Source: an uncultured Smithella sp.
GTDB taxonomy: Bacteria > Desulfobacterota > Syntrophia > Syntrophales > Smithellaceae
NCBI GenBank assembly: GCA_964450075.1
Contig: CAYVFA010000001.1
Location: 11,893-75,892, forward strand
DNA: 64,000 nt
Reading direction: 5' to 3'
Shown here: piece after piece, positions 37,548 to 46,959 of the stretch
Position numbering within the stretch: position 1 is the stretch's first letter
Layout of the letters: each line of letters opens with the position of its first letter
Notes under the pieces: model-generated
Told to the model about the DNA's origin: nothing
The model's database searches: none
The model's input: the letters and a program-made list of their open reading frames with translations, nothing else
Program-made: the position numbers and the translations under genes

Positions 37548-37865
37548 ATGATGGATATTAAATCTCCGATCGAAAAATATCAAAGCGTTGTTCATGTGCC
37601 GGTTGACGGCAATGATATTCGTAAAAGTATCCGGATTGTTTTAAAAGCGAATATTTTGAATGAATTTCGCACTACGGTTGTGGTATCATTGCTGACACAG
37701 AAAGATATTGAGGCGATTGTCGGGGAGATTGCCGGGGCCAGGCGTTATGTGCTGCAGAAATATCATCCGACCAAAGCGCTGAATAAGAGATACCTTAAGG
37801 AAAAGACATACCCGGATGATGACTTTATCAAGATAAAAAACAGTTGGAAAAAGATATCCCGTTGA
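37548..37865 (+). pseudogene. 3' remnant of an anaerobic RNR/PFL-activase-type radical SAM gene (NrdG-like), N-terminal half missing
   Basis: NEFRTTVVVSLLTQKDIEAIVGEIAGARRYVLQKYHP matches the conserved C-terminal region of NrdG-like activases. No CxxxCxxC region lies upstream. The upstream ORF extension overlaps the oppositely oriented methyltransferase gene. Confidence 0.55.
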
Positions 37866-37898
37866 TCATTATTCGTTAATAGCAAGAGGCAATACTGG

Positions 37899-39479
37899 AT
37901 GCAGAAAAAAATAAATAGTAACAATTCCATTGATGCAGATCATCTGAGAAGGTTAACGCAGATCGGTTTGGCGCTGTCGGCCGAAAAAGATATCGACCGC
38001 CTGCTGGAAAAAATATTAATTGAAACGCGCACGATCACGAACGCTGATGGCGGCACGCTTTATTTGATGTCGGAAAACGAAAGCGCGCTTCAGTTCGCTT
38101 TCATCCAGAATCAATCCATGGGGCTGAAGATGGGAGGTACGGGCGAAAAAATAACCTGGCCGCCGATCAAGCTTGTCGGCACGGATGGTTTGCCAAATCA
38201 TTCCAATATTTCCGCGCATGTGGCGATTACCGCAGAGGCGGTTCATATTGATGATGTTTACCATGCACCCGGTTTCAATTTTGAAGGTCCCCGCGAGTTT
38301 GATAAGAAAACCGGTTATCGCACGCAATCCATGCTGGTTGTTCCGATGCGCAATCATGATAATGACATCATTGGTGTTGTTCAACTGATTAACGCTAAAG
38401 ATCCGGATACGGGGCAGGTAACCTCTTTTCCCTTGAAGGCGCAGGAGTTGGCCAAGTCTCTGGCGTCCCAGGCGGCGGTCGCTCTAACCAATAACATGCT
38501 TATTTCAGAACTGAAGAATTTACTGGATGCTTTTATTCAATCCATTGCGCTGGCCATTGACGAAAAATCTCCTTACACCGGCGGGCATGTCCGACGGGTG
38601 GCCGGTCTGACGATGAATATTGCCGAAAAGATAAATGCGACTCATGAAGGACATTTTGCCGGAATCAGCTTTTCTGAGGATGAAATGCAGGAATTGCGTA
38701 TGGCGGCCTGGCTGCATGATATCGGGAAAATTACCACACCCGATCATGTTGTCGATAAAGCAACCCGTTTAGAAAAAATATATGATCGGATTGAAGATGT
38801 TAAAACGCGGTTTGAATTGCTTAAATACGAATATCATCTGGCGATAAACAATGCCCCAAAAAACACAAGCGAGCATTCCTTGGAAGAAGCTGCCCGTGAA
38901 CTAAAGATTCTGGATGAAGAATATCAGTTCTTGGTGCAAGTCAATAGCGGAAGCGAATATACGCAGGATGAAATGATCGAGCGAATCAAAAAGATCGCCA
39001 AAAGGAAGTGGAACACAAGTACCCAGGCTTTACCGCTGCTTACGGAAGATGAAATTTACAATTTATGTATCCGTCGGGGCACACTCAATGATGAAGAAAG
39101 GACCATTATCAATAATCACGCGGCGCTCACTTATAAAATGCTGAAAAAACTACCTTTTCCGAAAAAGTTACACAAAATTGCCGAATACGCAGCCGCCCAT
39201 CACGAAAAACTTGACGGAAGTGGTTATCCCATGGGCTTGAAGGGGGGGCAACTTTCTCTGCAGTCGCGCGTGATTGCCCTGGCGGACATTTTTGAGGCAC
39301 TCACCGCCAAAGACCGGCCTTACAAAAAAGGAAAGACACTGGGGGAAGTTTTACAGATTATGAAAATAATGGTGAAAGATCAACACATTGACTCAAATTT
39401 ATATGATCTCTTTATTAAAGAAAAAATTTATATGGACTATGCCCAAAGAGAACTGGCGACTTTCCAGATTGATGTGTGA
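37899..39479 (+). CDS. GAF-domain HD-GYP protein (putative c-di-GMP phosphodiesterase)
   Basis: The N-terminal part is GAF-like. The HD-GYP motifs are AAWLHDIGK and HHEKLDGSGYPMGL. Confidence 0.88.
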   Translation: MQKKINSNNSIDADHLRRLTQIGLALSAEKDIDRLLEKILIETRTITNADGGTLYLMSENESALQFAFIQNQSMGLKMGGTGEKITWPPIKLVGTDGLPNHSNISAHVAITAEAVHIDDVYHAPGFNFEGPREFDKKTGYRTQSMLVVPMRNHDNDIIGVVQLINAKDPDTGQVTSFPLKAQELAKSLASQAAVALTNNMLISELKNLLDAFIQSIALAIDEKSPYTGGHVRRVAGLTMNIAEKINATHEGHFAGISFSEDEMQELRMAAWLHDIGKITTPDHVVDKATRLEKIYDRIEDVKTRFELLKYEYHLAINNAPKNTSEHSLEEAARELKILDEEYQFLVQVNSGSEYTQDEMIERIKKIAKRKWNTSTQALPLLTEDEIYNLCIRRGTLNDEERTIINNHAALTYKMLKKLPFPKKLHKIAEYAAAHHEKLDGSGYPMGLKGGQLSLQSRVIALADIFEALTAKDRPYKKGKTLGEVLQIMKIMVKDQHIDSNLYDLFIKEKIYMDYAQRELATFQIDV

Positions 39480-39703
39480 AAAAAAGATTGAAGGCTGAAG
39501 GATTTGCAGTCAGAAATATTTCTTGATTTTATGGATTTATGTGGTAAGAAGCAACTCAAGCGGTGATTTAAAGTAAATTGCTCCGCTCTATAAATGTGCT
39601 AAAGCACTGAAAATCAATGAATCAATTGAACCTGTGCTTTGGCGCGGGTTTTTTTAGTTTTAATGACGAAAAGCCCGCACAAAAAAATGTAAGGAGAAAT
39701 ATT

Positions 39704-40879
39704 ATGCAAATTTCGTCGGAAAGTGTCAAAGTGGGTCATCCTGATCTGGTTGCGGATATTATTGCGGCCAATGTGATTGCAGCGATTTTGGATGAAGAAA
39801 AAAAACAAAAGCTTACGCTGGCCAATATGCCGCATTGCGGGATAGAGGTTTTTCTGGGCAAGGGAATCTGTCTGGTCGGCGGCGAGGTCAGAACAAGAGT
39901 TAATATTGATGTTGATAAAATTGCCAGAGATTCCGTAATTGAACTGGGTTATAACCATGCCGCAGTCGGTTTAAATGGCCATTTGATGGGCGTTCTAAAC
40001 GCCATCATTCCCCAGTCACCTGATATTAATCAGGGTACAAGCTGCCTTTTAAATAAAGATAAAGAAATCGGCGCGGGCGATCAGGGGATTATGTATGGTT
40101 TTGCCTGTGACGAAACGCCGGAACTCCTTCCTCTGCCTTATGTGCTGGTCAATAAAATGATGAGAGCCTTTGAGTACTGTCAGAATCCGATTTTCGCACC
40201 GGACGGGAAGGGTCAGGTGTCGGTTGATTACGACACAAAAACCGGTAAACCGCTGCGGGTAGCCAAAGTGCTGATGTCTAATTCGATTGATTATCGTTTT
40301 GTCAAAGGCAATCGTTTGAAGGTGCGAGACCAGGCCAAGAAAATCGCTTTTGAGGCTTTGAAGGATTGTGTGGATAAGAAAACGGAATTTTTATTCAACC
40401 CCACCGGTGAATGGAATGCCATTAATTCCTGCAGCGCGGCGGATTCGGGTGTGACTGGACGCAAACTGGTTGTGCAGTTTTACGGGGGATACCCCGGCGC
40501 TCAGTTAGGCGGTGGCGCGGTCGTCAATAAGACTCCGGAGAAAGTTGACTGTTCGGCAGCCTTCGGCGCCCGTTATGTCGCCAAAAATATTGTGGCGGCG
40601 GGGCTTGCTTCTAAATGTGCAGTTCAGCTGGCTTATGCCATCGGTATTGCCTGTCCGTTTTCCATTTATGTCAATACGTTTGGCACGGGCAAGGTCTCGG
40701 ACGACCGGCTGGAAAAAATGATTGAAGATCATTTTGATTTGACGCCGGAAGGCATGATCGAAAAATTCGATTTGCTCAACGGAAACATTTACCGCAAAAT
40801 TCCCCGGACATTCTTCATGGATGACTACCGCTGGGAAAAAACGGACATGGCCAAAACGCTGCAAAAAGCGGCAAAATAG
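39704..40879 (+). CDS. metK: S-adenosylmethionine synthetase (divergent MetK)
   Basis: ATG 39704 follows AAGGAG. Motifs are SESVKVGHPDLVAD, GAGDQGIMYGFA and GGGAVVNKTPEKVDCSAAFGARYVAKNIVAAGLA. Confidence 0.88.
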   Translation: MQISSESVKVGHPDLVADIIAANVIAAILDEEKKQKLTLANMPHCGIEVFLGKGICLVGGEVRTRVNIDVDKIARDSVIELGYNHAAVGLNGHLMGVLNAIIPQSPDINQGTSCLLNKDKEIGAGDQGIMYGFACDETPELLPLPYVLVNKMMRAFEYCQNPIFAPDGKGQVSVDYDTKTGKPLRVAKVLMSNSIDYRFVKGNRLKVRDQAKKIAFEALKDCVDKKTEFLFNPTGEWNAINSCSAADSGVTGRKLVVQFYGGYPGAQLGGGAVVNKTPEKVDCSAAFGARYVAKNIVAAGLASKCAVQLAYAIGIACPFSIYVNTFGTGKVSDDRLEKMIEDHFDLTPEGMIEKFDLLNGNIYRKIPRTFFMDDYRWEKTDMAKTLQKAAK

Positions 40880-40893
40880 AACAACGAATAAAA

Positions 40894-40931
40894 GAAAAGC
40901 CGAAGTGCAAAACACTTCGGCTTTTCTTTTT
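40894..40931 (+). terminator. Rho-independent terminator after metK
   Basis: GAAAAGCCGAAGTG-caaaa-CACTTCGGCTTTTC forms a 14-bp stem and is followed by TTTTT. Confidence 0.85.
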
Positions 40932-41020
40932 GGTGTCATTCAACGCATTGGATGAAGGCAATTCTTTGGTTAAAACGGGCATCAGTTCTCCGGTCTTGAA
41001 AACGTGGCACGGTTTTTATC

Positions 41021-41049
41021 TTGACACTCTGCATGTAAATTCCTATAGT
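41021..41049 (+). promoter_or_regulatory. Sigma-70-type promoter: TTGACA, 17-bp spacer, TATAGT
   Basis: The -35 is at 41021-41026 and the -10 at 41044-41049, about 55 nt upstream of ATG 41106. Confidence 0.5.
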
Positions 41050-41105
41050 TCGCCGCGAAAAAAAATCTATCGGTTGTTTCAATCGCGATGGTGGAGGAAA
41101 GAGCT

Positions 41106-42467
41106 ATGAGCAACTCAGGGGGAAAACGGGAACACTGGGCAACCCGTGCCGGCTTTATTCTTGCTGCGTCGGGCTCGGCAATAGGACTGGGAAATATCTG
41201 GCGGTTTCCGTATATGACCGGTGAGCATGGCGGTGCGGCTTTCATGTTGATATACTTGGTTGCCGTCCTGCTTTTGGGCTATCCCCTGATTGTGAACGAA
41301 ATGGTTCTGGGGCGCGCAGCGCAGCGCGATCCGGTCGGTGTCTTTAAAGTTCTTGCCCCAAACAGTCCCTGGTGGCTGGTGGGAGCGCTTGGTGTATTTA
41401 CCGGCTTCATTATCCTTTCCTATTATGCCGTGGTTGCCGGGTGGTCAATGGCCTATATTTACAAGGTGGTTGTGGCTACAAGCACCCCGGGGATCGACCA
41501 TGCCAGTGTATTCAAAAGTCACATCAGCAGCTTATGGGAGCCGATTGTCTGGCAGGCCCTGTTCATCCTCATCACCGTGAGCATCATCGCGGCCGGTGTG
41601 GTCAAAGGCATCCAGAGATGGTCAACCATTCTAATGCCGATACTCTTTTTGCTCCTGATCGTTCTGATTGTCAGGTCTGTCACGCTACCGGGAGCAGGTG
41701 AGGGGCTTCTTTATTACCTGAATCCTGATTTCAGCAAGGTGACGGGGCGTACGCTGCTGGCCGCTCTGGCACAGGCCTTTTTCTCCTTGAGCCTGGGGAT
41801 GGGTGCCATTATGACCTATGGAAGCTATCTGGACGATAAAGATGAAATCCCGTCCAACGCTGCGTGGGTGGCAGGACTCGACACGGGTGTAGCCCTGTTG
41901 GCAGGATTTGCTTTGTTTCCCGCTATATTTGCCCTGGGATTCGAACCCGGCGCGGGGCCGGGGCTAGCCTTTATTACACTGCCTGCGGTCTTTACACAGA
42001 TGCCTCTGGGAAGCGTTTTCGGGGTCTTCTTTTTCTTTCTGCTGTTTATTGCCGCGCTCACCTCCGCCATATCCCTTCTGGAAGTGGTGACGGCCTGGTT
42101 GATTGATGAAAAGCAATGGCAAAGAAAAAAAGCCGCCGCTTGCATGGGACTGATTATTTTTGTTGTTGGACTTCCGGCGACCCTCGGATACAGTGTACTG
42201 AAAGATTTTACCTTTCCTGGCTTGAATACAGATCTGCTCGATACTTATGACTGGTTTTGCAACAGCATTTTCCTGCCCGTGGGTGGATTTTTGATGGCCA
42301 TATTTTCCGGCTATGTCTGGGGCATCAAACACGCCGTTCATGAAGCAAATAAAGGCCACAAGTCCATCATGGTAGGAAGCTGGTGGGTATTGCTAATCCG
42401 TTATGTTGTTCCCGTACTGATCTTCTTCATCCTGGTGGTAGGGATTTACGATACCTTTGCAAAATAG
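41106..42467 (+). CDS. Sodium-dependent transporter, neurotransmitter:sodium symporter (SNF) family
   Basis: REHWATRAGFILAASGSAIGLGNIWRFPYMTGEHGGAAF. The protein is polytopic. ATG 41106 follows GGAGGA. Confidence 0.9.
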   Translation: MSNSGGKREHWATRAGFILAASGSAIGLGNIWRFPYMTGEHGGAAFMLIYLVAVLLLGYPLIVNEMVLGRAAQRDPVGVFKVLAPNSPWWLVGALGVFTGFIILSYYAVVAGWSMAYIYKVVVATSTPGIDHASVFKSHISSLWEPIVWQALFILITVSIIAAGVVKGIQRWSTILMPILFLLLIVLIVRSVTLPGAGEGLLYYLNPDFSKVTGRTLLAALAQAFFSLSLGMGAIMTYGSYLDDKDEIPSNAAWVAGLDTGVALLAGFALFPAIFALGFEPGAGPGLAFITLPAVFTQMPLGSVFGVFFFFLLFIAALTSAISLLEVVTAWLIDEKQWQRKKAAACMGLIIFVVGLPATLGYSVLKDFTFPGLNTDLLDTYDWFCNSIFLPVGGFLMAIFSGYVWGIKHAVHEANKGHKSIMVGSWWVLLIRYVVPVLIFFILVVGIYDTFAK

Positions 42468-42481
42468 ATTGCCGGCAAGGT

Positions 42482-44065
42482 ATGGAGATGGATATGCGGC
42501 AAAATTCCAAAAACAAACTTCACTTTACATTGCAGGATTGGCGTCAGCTCAAGACATTGGCGTTGACGCCATCTGATGTTCAGTGCCAGCTGGAGACTTT
42601 CCGGCGCGGTCCAACCTATTTGCATCTTATTCGTCCCTGTGTTCAAGGCGATGGAATTCAATCTTTTACGGCAGCGCAGCGCAACCGTTTGATTAAACAC
42701 TATGATATCGAAGCGGCTCGATACAAAATAATAAAGTTTGTGCCGGCGTCCGGCGCGGCCAGCAGAATGTTTTCTGAATGGTTTGCCGCGGCCGGGACAG
42801 GTAGTTTCGGCAATGCCCGGAAGGATCGGTCTTTCTTTTCCGATCTTAAAAATATGCCGTTCATCTCATTGCTTCAAAAAGATATTATGGCCCGTGAGAA
42901 GCTTGAACAAAAAAATATTAAAGCAGTGCTGGATTATATTTTGCTTTCCAAGGGTCTTCATTTCGGCTGGTTGCCCAAAGCGCTCATTCCTTTTCACGCC
43001 TATCCAACAGGTAAAGTGAGAACAGCGCTGGAAGAACATCTTGTTGAAGCCGCAAGCCTCATCGGAAAAGCAGGAGGCCTGTGCCGCCTTCACTTTACGA
43101 TTTCAGTGGAGCATGCAAAGGCCGTTAAAAAGTTATTGAGAATTGTTATTCCTGAGTATGAAAAAAGATATCATGTTCGATTTAAAGTTGATTTATCCGT
43201 GCAATCTCCATCTACCAATAGGGTGGCTGTCGATAAAAACAATCTGCCGTTTCGTGATGAAGACGGCTGTCTGGTTTTTCGACCCGGCGGACACGGCGCT
43301 TTGCTTGCAAACCTTCAGGCCGTAAACGCGGATCTTATCTTTGTTAAAAATATTGACAATATTGTTCCTGAAGCACATCAAAAGAAAATATTGCCCTACA
43401 AAAAAATGCTGGGGGGGCTGGCGTTGCAATTGCAGCAGTCTGCCAAGAGGACATTGAAGCGTCTGGCAAAAGATCAGCTCAGTGACAGTGAGTTGCAAGT
43501 CATGGCGGCGTTCTGCCATTTAGAATTTCAGATGCGTATTCCACAGGAATTTGCACAGCTGTCCCGGAAAGACAAAAAGCAGTGGATTTTTTCGCATTTG
43601 AACCGTCCGCTACGCGTTTGTGGGATGGTGAGAAATGTCGGCGAGCCGGGCGGCGGTCCCTTCTGGGTTTTAGAAAAAGATAAATCACAAACATTGCAAA
43701 TTGTAGAATCGGCCCATGTCGATCACAGCAAGACAACGCAGGCGGACATCTGGTCACGGGCTTCTTATTTTAATCCGGTCGATATGGTTTGCTGTACGAA
43801 AAATTATCTCGGAGAAAAATTTAATTTGGCTGATTATGTTAATCAGGAGGCTTATTTAATCAGCCCGAAAACAGAAAAGGGAAAGCATATCAAAGCCCAG
43901 GAGATGCCGGGTTTGTGGAATGGCGGTATGGCCTTTTGGAATACGGTCTTTGTAGAACTTCCGCTTGCGGTCTTTAATCCGGTCAAAACGGTAAATGATC
44001 TTTTGCGCACACAGCACCGGGTCGGCCGAATCATTAAAGAATCCAGCGCTCGGCGTTTTCTTTAA
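42482..44065 (+). CDS. DUF4301 family protein (uncharacterised, nucleotidyltransferase-like)
   Basis: LETFRRGPTYLHLIRPC and KFVPASGAASRMF fit the pattern I associate with DUF4301. It starts 14 nt after the transporter gene. The family assignment is from memory only. Confidence 0.6.
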   Translation: MEMDMRQNSKNKLHFTLQDWRQLKTLALTPSDVQCQLETFRRGPTYLHLIRPCVQGDGIQSFTAAQRNRLIKHYDIEAARYKIIKFVPASGAASRMFSEWFAAAGTGSFGNARKDRSFFSDLKNMPFISLLQKDIMAREKLEQKNIKAVLDYILLSKGLHFGWLPKALIPFHAYPTGKVRTALEEHLVEAASLIGKAGGLCRLHFTISVEHAKAVKKLLRIVIPEYEKRYHVRFKVDLSVQSPSTNRVAVDKNNLPFRDEDGCLVFRPGGHGALLANLQAVNADLIFVKNIDNIVPEAHQKKILPYKKMLGGLALQLQQSAKRTLKRLAKDQLSDSELQVMAAFCHLEFQMRIPQEFAQLSRKDKKQWIFSHLNRPLRVCGMVRNVGEPGGGPFWVLEKDKSQTLQIVESAHVDHSKTTQADIWSRASYFNPVDMVCCTKNYLGEKFNLADYVNQEAYLISPKTEKGKHIKAQEMPGLWNGGMAFWNTVFVELPLAVFNPVKTVNDLLRTQHRVGRIIKESSARRFL

Positions 44066-45011
44066 GAATAGCTCTGGCTGTGACCGTAACGGATCTATTT
44101 TTATGCAGGCAGATAACACTGGCTTCCGTATTATCCGGCGCGTCGGAATAGCGGACGCAGAGCGAGGCTGCCGTGGCGATTGATGAATCATTGCCGTAAG
44201 GTGCAAGCACACAGGGCCCGGGAAAATCGGCCATGCTGCAGATCAGGTCTTCCTCCAGCGAAAGTTTATCCAAGGCTTCATTATCGGATTTATTTCTGCC
44301 GACAATAATTTTGCCGATTGCTTCAACGCGAAAGTGTCGTCCGTATTTCAGCAGTTCGTAATCGCGAATCTGCAGGTCTTCAACATGAGACATTAGATCA
44401 CGCAGACGACGGGAAAAAATCGGATCGGTCAGCAGGCAGCCGCCGGCTGGTGGGGGGTAGTCCCGGATCCCGAATGCTTCCGCCATCCGTATTTGATCTT
44501 TGCGCCCGCGCCCTGAAATAGCCAGCAGTTTTGTGCGATCGACCTTTCCGTCTCTTTCAGCTTTAATCGGTTCAAGCAGCTGTGCGGAAAGGGGCCGCAA
44601 AATGTAGTCGGCGTAACCGGAGTTTTTGGCGACGACAAAAAGGGACTGTTTGGTCTGTGACATGGGGCGTTGGCCCAGAACCTCGCCGGTCACGAGAAAG
44701 TCAGCGCCGATTTCCTCCATTTTTCTGCCCGCAATTTTCAGCATCAACGTGTGACAGTCAATGCAGGGGTTCATGTTTTTACCGTAACCATAGCGGGGAG
44801 ATTTGAGCATTTGCAGATGCTCAGTCGTGATATCTTCAACCATCAGAGGTAAACGGATTTGATCGGCCGCCGCCTGTGCCTTGACCGCATTAAAAAAAGG
44901 GGTCGTACAGGTAAAACCGATCACATCAATGTTTTGATTTTGCAAAAGCTTGACGGCTAATATGCTGTCCAGACCTCCGGACAAAAGCGAAATTGCTTTT
45001 ACCATATTCAA
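44034..45011 (-). CDS. PP-loop ATP pyrophosphatase, ThiI/MnmA-like (tRNA thiolation family)
   Basis: The SGGLDS PP-loop lies near the N-terminus (AISLLSGGLDSILAV), with CIDCH downstream. There is a convergent 32-nt overlap with the 42482 gene. Confidence 0.65.
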   Translation of the reverse strand: MNMVKAISLLSGGLDSILAVKLLQNQNIDVIGFTCTTPFFNAVKAQAAADQIRLPLMVEDITTEHLQMLKSPRYGYGKNMNPCIDCHTLMLKIAGRKMEEIGADFLVTGEVLGQRPMSQTKQSLFVVAKNSGYADYILRPLSAQLLEPIKAERDGKVDRTKLLAISGRGRKDQIRMAEAFGIRDYPPPAGGCLLTDPIFSRRLRDLMSHVEDLQIRDYELLKYGRHFRVEAIGKIIVGRNKSDNEALDKLSLEEDLICSMADFPGPCVLAPYGNDSSIATAASLCVRYSDAPDNTEASVICLHKNRSVTVTARAILKENAERWIL

Positions 45012-45088
45012 AAATCCAATTGAAAAATAAAAGCATTACGCAATACTATACGCAATGCCGAATGATCATAGATGGATCAATGCAAAAC

Positions 45089-46822
45089 TCAATATCGGAT
45101 AACGTCAGCCGACCATGCTTCCTGCAACAATCCCCGCAATTCATTGTTGAAGTCAAAATTAACAATGTAGATGTCTTTATCGGTCTTTATTTTGGTTCCA
45201 TTGAAACTGAAATGATAAGGTGGCTGGTTCTTGTCCAGACCGGAAAAAGTAAAGGACCCCGACGTAAAGGCAAAATGAAGGCCGCGTAAAATCTTTTCTA
45301 TTTTTTGGGAAGGTTCATCCTGATCGGATAGGAAGATGAGTTCATTGCCGGCCTTTTGAAGAATGTTGACAAATTGCAAAGGCAGATTACGTGAGAAAAT
45401 AATAGTACTTTTATCGCCTTGTATCACCTTCATATCCGCTTTGATCGATAAATTAAATCCGTCCCGAGCGATATTAAAAACTCTGAGTTCGACATCCTTT
45501 TCTGCCGGTATCTTCAAATAAGAAAGTAAAGCCAAAGCGAACTCAGCGGCGGACGATGACGGTAAAACCGTTTGCGGCGCCAGGGTGTATATTTCTTCCG
45601 GTTTGACGACAAGGCCCTTATCCGGAGAGATTTCCGTAATAATAAAGGAATGCCTTTTTGCATGATTGACAATCGCTCTGGGCAACAAAGCGTTATTTTC
45701 ATAAACAAAACGCAACCCCTGGATCATGGATGGGGATTGTTTCTTGTTTTTTCTGGTGATCAGCCAGTCCATAAGGATTTCCAGCGAAGGCAAAGATTCG
45801 AGGACAACAGGTTTTTGCGCCTTAACGATCTCATAGGATTTGGTGTTTTTGAAAATCTTTTTCAATAGGGTGATAATATCGTCTTTAGCGTCTATTTTGA
45901 CTAAATGGTAATTGCTCCAGTTGTCGCTTATTATTTTTTTTAGATGATGGCTGGAACGGTTTCCCAGATCGAGGAAGATCGTTGTCCGGTCGTCAAATTC
46001 TACGACGGGAATAATGGAACAGTCGATGGTCAGTTGTCCGGTTTTAGAGACCGGAAGATAGTAATTGCCGCTGGTCATCATGTTCGCATTCATTTGTGTA
46101 AAGATATGCTTGATGACGGCCAGTCGCGCTGCAGGAGAAAGAACAATGGAATCTTTCACTGCAGCCGTTTTTTCCGATGACGCCTGCTGTTCTTCAGACA
46201 ATGAAACGGCAGGGGGATTCTTATCGATTAATGCCGTTGACTGTCCCCCGCTTTTTACGATGGCCTGAGTACCGGGCAGACGAATGACCTGTCCGACATA
46301 GATCTTATGGGCATTTCTCAGGGATGGGTTTAATGATTTGATGTGGAGCATGGTGTTTTGTGTGTTGGCTGTTATATGCAGTTCTCGGTGAACAATTCGA
46401 ATGAGATTGTCGCCTTTTTTTACCCGGTAGGCTTGAGGGGCAACTGATTTTTGTGAGGGCTGATTCTCGGGAGTATCGGCCGGTGCAGTTATTTCTTCTG
46501 CAACCGCAACGGCTTTTCCGGGCAACACAATCTTCTGGCCCACGAGTAATTTGTCCAGGTCTTTGATGTGGGGATTAAGATCCTTGATCATCCTGTAATA
46601 ATTTGGAACATCCTTTTCGGTGACGCCGGGTATTTTGCGGACGATCGCTGAAAGAACATCCTCTTTCTGAACCGTATAATAAAGAACATCTTTTTTAGGA
46701 AAAGCTGTTTTGCTGAAAGTCAGTTGTGCCGTATCTTCTTTGGCGGACATCGCCTGCGCGTGAAAAACCATTGTTGCAAAAATGGTCAGAATCAGAATGG
46801 ATAAGAATATCTTCCTCATCAC
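45089..46822 (-). CDS. Exported LysM-domain protein
   Basis: Signal peptide ...MVFHAQA-M. Two LysM units are present: YTVQKEDVLSAIV...VGQKIVLP and YRVKKGDNLIRIV...VGQVIRLP. The C-terminal ~350 aa are unassigned. Confidence 0.75.
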   Translation of the reverse strand: MMRKIFLSILILTIFATMVFHAQAMSAKEDTAQLTFSKTAFPKKDVLYYTVQKEDVLSAIVRKIPGVTEKDVPNYYRMIKDLNPHIKDLDKLLVGQKIVLPGKAVAVAEEITAPADTPENQPSQKSVAPQAYRVKKGDNLIRIVHRELHITANTQNTMLHIKSLNPSLRNAHKIYVGQVIRLPGTQAIVKSGGQSTALIDKNPPAVSLSEEQQASSEKTAAVKDSIVLSPAARLAVIKHIFTQMNANMMTSGNYYLPVSKTGQLTIDCSIIPVVEFDDRTTIFLDLGNRSSHHLKKIISDNWSNYHLVKIDAKDDIITLLKKIFKNTKSYEIVKAQKPVVLESLPSLEILMDWLITRKNKKQSPSMIQGLRFVYENNALLPRAIVNHAKRHSFIITEISPDKGLVVKPEEIYTLAPQTVLPSSSAAEFALALLSYLKIPAEKDVELRVFNIARDGFNLSIKADMKVIQGDKSTIIFSRNLPLQFVNILQKAGNELIFLSDQDEPSQKIEKILRGLHFAFTSGSFTFSGLDKNQPPYHFSFNGTKIKTDKDIYIVNFDFNNELRGLLQEAWSADVIRY

Positions 46823-46959
46823 TTGTTGCTCCCGCTTGAAATTAAAGAAATTAACAGGAAATCTAATTACTTCAAGTGTCTGGAAAAGTCAATACGAATC
46901 AAAGATTAAAAAAGCTCGCCGCCTGTTATTGTTTGACGAACTCAAGGATTGAAAACAGG

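Noticed and set aside
39540-39703. A known SAM-I riboswitch upstream of metK.
   Set aside because: I could not find the conserved SAM-I core elements. The region is kept only as an unclassified structured leader in the findings.
41005-41019. TGGCAC-GGTTT-TTAT upstream of the SNF transporter gene.
   Set aside because: The -24 half is perfect, but the -12 position reads TTAT with no GC. A near-consensus sigma-70 promoter a few nucleotides downstream explains the region better.
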